A stretch of DNA of 63,332 nucleotides, filler included, from Octopus bimaculoides (Eukaryota), in the NCBI RefSeq assembly GCF_001194135.2. It is 5 parts of 4 records of this genome, joined end to end, with 100 filler letters (N's around TTAATTAATTAA, not from the genome) between each part and the next. Parts side by side here need not be neighbours in the genome. Positions count along the whole stretch, not along the records: positions 23,545 to 55,276 come from NC_068981.1; positions 55,377 to 58,932 come from NC_068982.1; positions 59,033 to 61,062 come from NC_068984.1; positions 61,163 to 63,332 come from NC_068984.1; 1 more part is not named here. One strand, written 5' to 3'. Below the pieces are notes generated by a model. The model ran no database searches, was not told the origin of the DNA, and saw nothing but the letters and a program-made list of their open reading frames with translations. Positions 53,101 to 63,332 of the stretch are shown here, in pieces; the stretch's first letter is position 1; each line of letters begins with the position of its first letter. The position numbers were made by a program, and so were the translations under genes.

Positions 53101-55028
53101 TATTATTTTCAATACCTCTGTTGCCATTCTCATTTTCTCTGTTGCAATTCTTGTACAATATGAAACAAGCCTATTGATATTTGTGCAGGACACCAACTTA
53201 GTCTGTCAGTTCTTCTCATTCCCGGTCTTGATAACTAGTTATGTTATTATTCAATCCCGTGTGCTCTTCTTCAATCAATGGTTTCTGGTTTAAGTACAAG
53301 ACAAGCAATTTTTAGGAGCATGAAATCACTTGATTATATCGACTTCATAGGTATTTTATTTTATCGACCCCGAAAGGATGAAATACAAAGAATAAAGATG
53401 GAAGACAAATACTGTAAAACATTTTTTTCCCAACGCTCTCACGATTCTGCCAATCTACCACTCTTCTTTAGTTAATACGTTTTGAAATACACCCCGCTTT
53501 TTTTATAGCAGAGATGTATCATGTTTCTCCTTTAGATTCCTTCCATAAAAACACTAGTCAAGAAAGCAGTAAATTTTGTGAATTACCTGTCACTTAATCT
53601 TTTAACTTTTTTAAAGTTGGCCTTTAACCTAGAATTCCTTTTTAGCAGGTAGCAGTGACAAAAGATTTGCTGCCATTGTTTCCACCTTGGATGTTGGTTG
53701 CCGTTTGTGAAATTTTCATTGTTTTTGTGAATGTACTGCTAATGTCTGTGTTTGCTTGTTTGACTGCTGTTGTTTTTCAGTTTATCAGATTTGTTACTTG
53801 ACTTAATGTTCATGTTTATAAAATTTTCCAAAACCTGTTTAACATTCTTTGGAGATGTGTAGGCTGGGCGACGACGTACAGTTTTGCAAGTAAGCAGATG
53901 TTTACATAATTAAGAATAGAAAAATATCAAGAAAGTAGCCTCATTATTTTTTCTATGCCAAAGTAAGAGGGGTTGATACTTAAATCGTAATCATTCGAAA
54001 AGTAATTTTATTGAAGTTCCGACACAATAAGCTGAATTTTCGCTGAGCTATGTCTGAACATGTCCACACTCCTGAAAAGATAGCAGTAGTAGCAAAGAAA
54101 GCATAACAACAACAACAACTACTACTACTACTACCATCACAACAGCAACAACAACAATAATTACAGTGTAACACGATTTTTGTCCTTGGGAAGCAACTGT
54201 TATTTCCTATTTGCTTACCTCTAGAAAGTATGAAAAATGGCTCATATTTCCTTCAAACTTTTCTTTTGTTACATTTATTCAAACTCCAAAGAATCCCTCT
54301 CAACACATGGTTATGATGCTCCCCCAGTATTCTTGCTCATGATCAGAGATGCACATATTGTCAGCCACTAAAGGACATGCTCAAGTGGTTAAGGACAAGC
54401 AACTGACAAACAAGTCTGTGGTATTGAGCAGAATATTTGCTACAACGATAGTTCTGCTTAAGCAACTCAGCGCTGAATCTGTCTGAAATGTAATGGAAAA
54501 TAGGTCAGTTTCAAAACATTGATGTCCAGGTCACAAAAGCAAAGTTTGAAGGGAATAATAGTAATTTTCCTTTGATTTCTAGATAGAAGCAAATACGAAG
54601 TAACACTTACGAATAAAAAAAAACATAAGTTTTGTTACACCGTATTATTATTATCATGTCTATAATATTGGTTTCAAATTTTGGCACAAAGTCAGCAATT
54701 TAGCGGGAGGGGTTAGGTCGATTACATCTACTCCAATGGTCATCTGGTACTTATTTTATCGATTTCGAAAAGATGAAAGGCAAAGTCGGCCTCGGCGGAA
54801 TTTGAACTCAGAACGGTGTGCTGACGCCTTAGTCATATTTATAATAATAATAATTTCTTGTATTTACCACCAGGTGAGTGGATGAGGGTGAAATCACAAA
54901 GACATATGTAAAATGTGGGGAATTTATACGGAAAAATCAAATGAGAATATATTAAAAAAGAACATGAACTACAAGTATGCATTGTATATAAATAATGAAA
55001 GAAGACGATGTAATCCTCACCCTCCTCT

Positions 55029-55132
<104 letters not shown>

Positions 55133-55406
55133 TTACAAACATATTAAATAACACCGGTATTATTTCACCCAAGAATAACAACCGAGAAGTACGTACTGTA
55201 AGCTTGTTAAGAAAAAAGTACGAAGATATGAACGTGCAAAACAATCTGACAACAGAAATAAACGAACCGGTACCCTNNNNNNNNNNNNNNNNNNNNNNNN
55301 NNNNNNNNNNNNNNNNNNNNTTAATTAATTAANNNNNNNNNNNNNNNNNNNNNNNNNNNNNNNNNNNNNNNNNNNNATAATATATATATATATATATAAT
55401 ATATAT

Positions 55407-55501
<95 letters not shown>

Positions 55502-55702
55502 ATTATTCCTGTTTAGGTCGAGTAATTCCATACCTACACTGAGTTTCATAGAGACTTCAAGCAAGTTACTTACAGGTGAAACTCAGAGTAGCAAAAGAAT
55601 GGCTCGACCAATATAAAAATATTAACTTTTACTATGGTATCGAGTACTCTTTCCGGCGGAGATAAAGAATACGTACACCACCCGTTTTTGGCGTAACAAG
55701 AT

Positions 55703-55757
55703 CCCTAACCCTAATCCTAACCGTAAACCTAACCCCAAACCATAACCCTAACCCTAA
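55703..55757. repeat. Degenerate telomere-like (CCCTAA)n array, ~9 units
   Basis: ccctaaccctaatcctaaccgtaaacctaaccccaaaccataaccctaaccctaa. Confidence 0.8.
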
Positions 55758-56023
55758 ACACCGGGTATACGTATTCGCTACTATCGTCCTTTTTCTTCCG
55801 CATCCATAAAGCGCTTAGTTTTAGACAACCCGTCAGACTCCAATGGCCGAAGGCATTAGAATCTGACGAATCATTTTTAAAGTTAAGCGCTTTATTGATG
55901 CGAAACCATTGGTCACTCTATGACAGGACATATATTTAACTTCATACAAATATATTACTGTTCTAACCTTTAGAGTTGGTTTCTTTTACGGATATATGAT
56001 CCACTAACGATTTATACATAATT

Positions 56024-56096
<73 letters not shown>

Positions 56097-56268
56097 CACA
56101 CATACACACACATACATATTTTATTTTATTTTATATAGTTTCAGCTAATGAGTTGTGGCCATGCTGGGGCACTATATACACAAACATACATATCTATACA
56201 CACACACATACATATATATACACGCACACATATGTACACACACATATATATATACACACACACACACT

Positions 56269-56299
<31 letters not shown>

Positions 56300-56510
56300 G
56301 CATGTGTGTGTGTGGGTATATATATATATATATATGGGTGTGTGTATATATATATATGTGTGTATATATATATATATGTGTGTGTATATATATATATATG
56401 TGTGTGTATATNNNNNNNNNNATATATGGGTGTGTGTATATATATATATGTGTGTATATATATATATATGTGTGTGTATATATATATATATGTGTGTGTA
56501 TATATATATA

Positions 56511-56568
<58 letters not shown>

Positions 56569-56694
56569 CATATACATATACACGTACATAGACAGACAGA
56601 CATATTTACGTTTGTGTATATAAATACAGATATTATATATTTGTGTGTGTGTGTGTGTGAGCCTGCATGTATGTATGTATGTATGGAAGGATGG

Positions 56695-56848
56695 ATTTTA
56701 ACGTGTATAAGGAACCCTTTTCCGTCCCAAATCAGGTTTTAAAAATATGGAAGTTTCTTATACATGGATAGTATTATAATCCCTTATAAAATCTTTTTTC
56801 AAAATTTTAAGCCCCAAAAATTATGGAGCTCCTTATACACGTTAAAAT
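56695..56848. mobile_element. 154-bp MITE-like element with perfect 19-bp inverted ends
   Basis: attttaacgtgtataagga (56695) and tccttatacacgttaaaat (56830-56848). Confidence 0.6.
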
Positions 56849-57299
56849 ACGGTATTTGTACATTTCCGTCATATGTAAAAACTAACTCATAACAGCACAT
56901 GGTATTGAGTATAAAGAAAAAATCCGTGAGATCATTCTTAAACAGAGCTTACCTTATAACGAGATCCGTTTATTTACTTAAAATTCCATGATGTTATAGG
57001 TAAAACTTTCTAAGTTAAAATGGCAGACGTGTTATCAAAATTTCTTATCTATCACACCCACGGAAGATAAGCAAACCGACAACAATCTTAAGACAGCAAT
57101 TGTTAAGTTACGTATCCGTTTATCTAACCAATGCATAACGCCGAAAATCTATATCTACAATAGTGAAGCTAATATAGACAGCATGAAAGTATAGCTAACA
57201 TAAAAGAAACGACAATAATAAAATTTTGTTTTTCTATTTAGTTTTCGAAATTCTTGATGTGAACTGGTGTGTTGAAACATATTTTGCAGTATCTAGGGA

Positions 57300-57656
57300 G
57301 GATCATGCGCCAATAATAAACACTGGTTGTATTTCACTTATTTATTTGTCAATTGGTTAATTATTTAACCAGTTAACTAATTGCTTGTTTAATCGTTCAT
57401 TTACTCGATCGATCAATCAATCAGGTAGGTTTGGCAAAGTCCTTTCGTCACCATTCTAATTCAAGTAGACCAGGAGGACAGAGGGTCTGTCATTCATGAG
57501 ATTTCAAAAGATAGCATTTTGACAAACCTAACCGATTGATTAGTTGATTGAACAATTAATCAAGCAGTTAATTAGTAAAATGTTAATAACCTGATGAATG
57601 ATAAGAAAAGAAGTGAAACAGAACCAATGTGTGTGTTTATTATTGGCATAATGACC
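57300..57656. mobile_element. Old fold-back/MITE with ~140-bp imperfect arms
   Basis: 57300-57438 aligns to the reverse complement of 57518-57656 (gccaataataaacac, tttcactt, ctaatt..ctgcttg, taggtttg.caaa). Confidence 0.65.
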
Positions 57657-58715
57657 CTTTTGAAATTCAACAAAACCATAATAAAGATTTCTCAATTAGG
57701 TACAATGCTACACGTTTAAGAGTGTATTTGATGGAACTAACTCCACTTCTACATGAGATATATCCCAGAAGGTGAAAAGACAACATTCTACTCCAGTGGT
57801 GTCTGGGTTTGAACTCGGAACATAACTGTTTCTAAACTAGATGTTGTTTGGCACTACTGGTTCATTTTCCCACCATCACCACCACTTCAACATTTTGGCC
57901 TTTTGGCCTATATTAGAATTGATTAAGGATGTTGTATTTGCAAACTCATAAGAGTGTTGAATGAAATGCCTTGTGGTATTTGTTCCGAATTTTTATATTC
58001 TGAAGACTTGGGACGAGATTGTGAAGCATGATCTTCGGATGTTAGGTTTCACAGGGTGATGACATATGATTGAGACCTTTCACGGTTAACTGTGCTTGAG
58101 AAGATTCGTCAGGCTAAGTGAAATTGTAAGTCATGCTATAGATCTGTAATGCATCTTACAGCTGTGCCAGTCACCTGTATGGTGAGGAATCCTACATTGG
58201 GGAGTGGTAATAACTAGAGTAGGGTAGCTGAATGCTTATTGTGGTCATTTGTCCTTTGGTTTCCTCTAGTTATGCTCTCTTTTACAAACCCAGTGAACAT
58301 TCATATATTTCTGATTTCAAAGAAATTTGAACAATTTATATAAGACACAAGTTAAAAAAGATTCCCAACAATTCAACTTCTCTGGTTGACTTTAAGACCC
58401 CCCTAATAGGGGCCTTAACCCCCACATTTTAGAGCTCCACGTGCTCCATTTTTCTGGAGCAAAATCCTTTCAATGGGTTTTAAAAGATATGGATTTTGGA
58501 ATCTGGGCAAAAAGATGAATAGTATGGGATAAATATGTCATGATTAGAATTTTTGTTAGGTTGTGTAAAGAGGGAAAGAACCTACATAAAAATTCTTAAT
58601 CTCCAATTTTGATGAGATTTGAATCATAGGTATTCCAGTTCATTAGAGAAAATGTAAAAGAAGAGTCTAATTCTTCAGTTCCATGTGACACGAGCAATGC
58701 CGGGTATCTCTGCTA

Positions 58716-58749
<34 letters not shown>

Positions 58750-59032
58750 AGAATTCACAAAAAAAACAACAGACAAAGACAGGTGGTGTAGAAAACAAAT
58801 AGATGTATTAGTATAACACTCGGGAACTGAAAAAGTCTTTAACGTTTCGAGCCTACGCTCTTCCACAGAAAGAAACAAGGAGAGAAAAAATGTGTGTAGT
58901 GGTCAGCGATCTATCATGGTGAAGATATATATNNNNNNNNNNNNNNNNNNNNNNNNNNNNNNNNNNNNNNNNNNNNTTAATTAATTAANNNNNNNNNNNN
59001 NNNNNNNNNNNNNNNNNNNNNNNNNNNNNNNN

Positions 59033-59190
59033 GATCATTGCCAGTGCCCCTGGACTGGCTCTTGTGCTGGTGACACATGAAATTTCTTCGAGCGAGATCG
59101 TTGCCGGTGCCCCTGAACTGGCTCTTGTGTGGGGTTGTTGTAGGATTTTTGAGCGAGATCGTTGCTGGTGCCCCTGGACTGGCTCTTGTG
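59033..59190. repeat. ~60-bp minisatellite, 3 units
   Basis: gatcgttgc.ggtgcccctg.actggctcttgtg repeated three times. Confidence 0.8.
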
Positions 59191-59362
59191 GGATTAAGTC
59201 GATTAAATCGACCCCAGTGTGTAACTGGTACTTAATTTATCGACCCCGATAGGATGAAAGGCAAAGTCGACCTCAGCGGGATTTGAACTCAGACCGTAAC
59301 AGCAGATGAAATACCGTTAAGCATTTCGCCCAGCATGCTAACGTTTCTGCCAGCATGCCGCC
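59190..59362 (-). mobile_element. Family B SINE; further copies at 29915-30125 (+), 45655-45770 (+), 53310-53460, 54665-54815, 61470-61695
   Basis: ggtacttaatttatcgaccccgataggatgaaaggcaaagtcgacctcagcgggatttgaactcag core. Confidence 0.8.
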
Positions 59363-59517
59363 ATCAAATCACACTTCTATTAATGATAATTTCATCTAAG
59401 CTGAAGGGAGTTCCAGTGACTAAGTTTGTTGGGGTTTTGGGGCTATCTTTGTCATCAACACTGCACAGAGTCAATACTGTCATCTCTTGCTCACTCAGTA
59501 TTCCTACTTGTAAATAA

Positions 59518-59633
59518 CATCATCATTGTTTAATGTCTGTTTTCCATGCTGGTATGGGCCTAGCACTTTGACAGGAGCTGGACAGCTGGAGAGCTATCCA
59601 GACAGACAATTGAAGTCTGGACAGATCTCCAGC
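59518..59633 (-). mobile_element. 5'-truncated, 5'-inverted family F retrocopy with 16-bp TSD
   Basis: tcctacttgtaaataa at 59502-59517 and 59634-59649; (CAT)n tail; inverted 31-nt segment at 59603-59633. Confidence 0.7.
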
Positions 59634-59753
59634 TCCTACTTGTAAATAAGTCCCCGTAAATAAGTACCATAATTTTCAAGGATGCATATGTCATAGTATG
59701 TTTCTTAAGTTGGCTCCAAATATTTGATTGCTCCATATATACAGATGTCTTAC

Positions 59754-59971
59754 CTTATGCTGTATTGTTCCCATCGTTTAGGAAGTTGTTTCAGTTCCAC
59801 CTGAGAAGTATTGATAACCTTACGCAGGCTTTTCCATTCTGAGTCCAGTTTGTCATATTCGGTTGTCAGAGTTTGGTTCTGGCGGTCAAGAGATGAGAAA
59901 TCAAAACAGATTTGGTGCATTGATTCCAGCTGTGCTTCATGTGAAGTGTAGAATGAGTCAGTAAAATATTT
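59754..59971 (-). CDS. SYNE1: Internal coding exon of a spectrin-repeat protein, probably nesprin-1/Msp300-like
   Basis: Minus strand: polypyrimidine acceptor ttttcattctcttttgatttcag, then 218 nt open in phase 0 (KYFTDSFYTSHEAQLESMHQICFDFSSLDRQNQTLTTEYDKLDSEWKSLRKVINTSQVELKQLPKRWEQYSI+AG), then donor AG|gtaaga. The amphipathic helices and the W..L...I......L...P.RW..Y pattern are typical of spectrin repeats and resemble the N-terminal repeats of human nesprin-1 as I recall them. Exon status is well supported; the gene name is inference and needs BLASTX. Confidence 0.65.
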
Positions 59972-61162
59972 CTGAAATCAAAAGAGAATGAAAATTATTC
60001 AGAATTATCAGGAAAATTGATACCGTTCAGTTTTAGTTTATAGAAACAGACCAATACCAAAACTGAATTTTAATTTCCCTGGTGCACTTGCCAGGTAAGT
60101 AATCTGATCTGTGGCCATTGTTGAAATGAAAAGAATTACAGCCATTCAGAAACACACAATGACTGTTAATTTCATTTAAGCATATATATTATATGGTGTC
60201 AAAATTTTTGTCATGCTAACTACAACCTGACCACTGACACAGTTCCAGTGACCAAATCACAATTAGAGCAGTGAAAAATTTAATGTTTAAGTGAAGTTAA
60301 CAGACTTATGTGTTTTTGAATGGCTAATGTGTGTCTTCCGTGCTGTAATTGTTTTAGATTAATTTATTTGCTAGTTCAGCTTAAATGATGAATAATGGTT
60401 ATGAGGTTAAGGTGTTAACCTACAAACCACACAGACAGCATCATCGGTTTTATGTTTGACCTGTTGATGCTGGAATGGGTTGGTTGAGACTTAGTTGAGA
60501 CAGTATTCTATGGTCAGATGCCCTTTTTACTGCCAACCATTTTGGTTTCCAAGTAAGGTGTATATATTTCTGGGGTTTTTGTATGATGAGCTATGCAACG
60601 ACTGAACATGTTTCTATGGCAATTATAAACAATGTCAAGATATATAAATATATGTACACACCACAAACACATACATAAAGAGACAGGGGGAGAGAGAGAG
60701 AGAGAGAAAGAGAGAGAGATACAAGTGAACCCACATCTATTTTTTTCTCATAAGGATAAATATGAATCTCCTAGATTCTATTCTGCTATTTCCTTTCTCA
60801 ACTCCTTTGTAAAAATTTTGTTTATACTTCTTACACTGAAGAGTACAGTGATATATAATTAACTTAATTAACTCAATTCAACCATGAATTTACATGATTT
60901 TTATATCTCTGTACGAAACGATCGTCTGCATGAATTAAAATTCTCTTATATATTTTAACATCACTTCTCCATTTTTAACAAAATTGTTGAGTTTTATGGG
61001 ATTTCTTTCCATAAATTCACAACACATCATATATACGTAGATATACATACATATATATATATNNNNNNNNNNNNNNNNNNNNNNNNNNNNNNNNNNNNNN
61101 NNNNNNTTAATTAATTAANNNNNNNNNNNNNNNNNNNNNNNNNNNNNNNNNNNNNNNNNNNN

Positions 61163-61410
61163 GTATATATATGTTTGTATGTGTGTGTATATGTTTGTAT
61201 GTCTGTGTTTGTCCCCCCCCCCCAGTATCGCTTGACAACCGAGGCTGGTGTGTTTACGTCCCCGTAACTTAGCGGTTCGGCAAAAGAGACCGAGAGAATA
61301 AGTACTAAGCTTACAAGGAATAAGTCCTGGGGTTGATTTGCACGACTAAAGGCGGTGCTCCAGCATGGCCGCAGTCAAATGACTGAAACAAGTAAAAGAG
61401 TAAAGAGAGA
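61163..61410 (+). mobile_element. SINE family A, 3' half (head lost at the linker)
   Basis: gtgtttgtccccc ... ggcggtgctccagcatggccgcagtcaaatgactgaaacaagtaaaagag. Confidence 0.8.
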
Positions 61411-61763
61411 GAGAGAAAGAGAGTAGCAACGACAGTCACATGACTAATATACAACAGTAACAACAGTCACAATATTGATTTCAAATTTTGACACAAGACC
61501 GGCAATTGTCGGGGGAGAGGAGAAATCGATCACATTGATCCCCAGTACCCAACTGGTACGTAATTTAGCGAATCCAAAAGGATGAAAGGCTAAGTCAACC
61601 TCGGCGGAATTTTAATTCTGAACGTGAAGACAAGACGAAATGTCGCTAAGCATTTCGCCCGGCGTTGCTAACGAGTCTGCCAGCTCGCTGCCTTAGCAAC
61701 AATTACAAAATATCAACAATAGAAACGGCAATAACAACAACAACAACAACATCATAAAAATCA

Positions 61764-62125
61764 GTGGCTGTGTGGTAAGTAGCTTGCTTACCAACCACAT
61801 GGTTCTGGGTTCAGTCCCACTGCGTGACACCTTGGGCAAGTGTCTTCTACTATAGCCTCGGCCCGCCCAAAGCCTTGTGAGTGGATTTGGTAGACGGAAA
61901 CTGAAAGAAGCCCGTCGTATGTATGTATGTATATATATATATATGTATGTGTGTGCATATGTTTGTGTGTCTGTGTTTACGTCCCCGTAACGTAACGGTT
62001 CGGCAAAAGAGACCAATAGAATAAGTACTAGGCTTACAAAGAATAAGTCCTGGGATCGATTTGCTCGACAAAAAGGCGGTGCCCCAGCATGGCCGCAGTC
62101 AAATGACTGAAACAAATAAAAGAGT
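61764..62125 (+). mobile_element. SINE family A
   Basis: Head, CORE-like block, microsatellite and tail as in the other copies. Confidence 0.85.
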
Positions 62126-62370
62126 AAAAAATCACAAGATTAGCAACAACAATATCAACAATCGCAACATCACCGTTATCAACAGTGCCGTCAACAAACG
62201 CCACCACCTCAACAATGCACTGCCCACGTCATACGGCCCCTCTTCCTTTCGCTGCTTTAATTTTATCATTACACCGCCAGCCCCAGCCTTCCTTCACACA
62301 CCCTCCGTTCGTTCCTTATACGATCCACAAAAAAAGCTGAGGGGGAAACACTGAGATAAGAGATAAGAAG

Positions 62371-62423
<53 letters not shown>

Positions 62424-62628
62424 GGAGAGAGGGGAAATGTGGTGTAGAGAAGGGGACGGAGGAGGGGGGAAAAGAGACAGTGTGTGAGAGCAGTTGATCA
62501 GTTGGGGGTCTGCTCTCAAACGTCCGGTTGCCCGCTTGGCAACCCCGAAAAGGGGAAAAAAAAACCCTTCAAAATATCTTCACACACGTACACGCATGAT
62601 ATATATATATATAAATATATATATACAC

Positions 62629-62675
<47 letters not shown>

Positions 62676-62928
62676 GTATATATGTCACGCATACATACAC
62701 ATACACAGACACACACACACACATGTATGTAGGCACAAGCACATATATACACATGTGCACACATTCTAGCACACATGCAAGCCCTCCCACCCGGGCGCAA
62801 GGGCAGGGTAGGTAGTGTGTGTGTGTGGGGAGTAGGTGTTGAAGGGGGGATGATTAGTCAGTCGTCGTGCACATGGGGGCCAAAAGTCTTCATCCCCCGT
62901 ATAAATAAATGAACAAAGCAGTGTGTAT

Positions 62929-62959
<31 letters not shown>

Positions 62960-63036
62960 CATCTATCTATATTTATATATATTTATTTATATATATATAT
63001 AATACAAAGTTAGATAAGGCCGGTTTATGGGATATA

Positions 63037-63101
<65 letters not shown>

Positions 63102-63278
63102 GCACAAACATGCACACACAGATACATGCATGGATACATAGAAACATACATATATATAAATATATGTATGCATATATGTAAGTGTGCATATATATATTTA
63201 TATGTGTATGTAATGATATATTACATACACATATAAATGTATATATCTATATATTCATATATATACATATGTATACAC

Positions 63279-63332
<54 letters not shown>

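Noticed and set aside
52500-53177. 225-aa plus-strand ORF
   Set aside because: Antisense to an RTE reverse transcriptase remnant; no recognisable domain.
59360-59510. Minus-strand frame VGILSEQEMTVLTLCSVDDKDSPK... as the next exon
   Set aside because: Its acceptor phase is incompatible with the phase-2 end of the spectrin exon (gives an immediate stop), and the acceptor lies in a TSD.
62527-62545. ggttgcc-cgctt-ggcaacc as an RFX site
   Set aside because: The 5-nt spacer exceeds the X-box consensus.

Overview
This is AT-rich, microsatellite-dense eukaryotic DNA. The SINE repertoire and the compound (CA)/(TA)/(GA) arrays point to a coleoid cephalopod, most likely an Octopus genome; that assignment is inference. 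Nearly all ORFs in the supplied track come from microsatellites or N-runs. I can support only one host coding exon: a 218-nt minus-strand exon (59754-59971) with canonical splice sites. It encodes a spectrin-repeat segment that resembles nesprin-1/Msp300, compared from memory. The rest is intron-like or intergenic and full of transposon fossils: several tRNA-derived SINE families, RTE, CR1/L2, RLE-type and Penelope retroelements, mariner, pogo/Tigger and MITEs. Four identical 100-nt linkers (44N-TTAATTAATTAA-44N) mark artificial scaffold joins, so contiguity across them is unproven. The most interesting signals are: (1) two near-identical local inverted duplications, one inserted into a Tigger fossil; (2) a telomere-like (CCCTAA)n array enclosed by inverted repeats next to a 110-nt fold-back; (3) a pre-miRNA-shaped hairpin in unique sequence; (4) a TSD-flanked, 5'-inverted (twin-priming-like) retrocopy. 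I found no CRISPR array, rRNA or intact tRNA gene, and no single clearly novel biological system can be demonstrated from the sequence alone.
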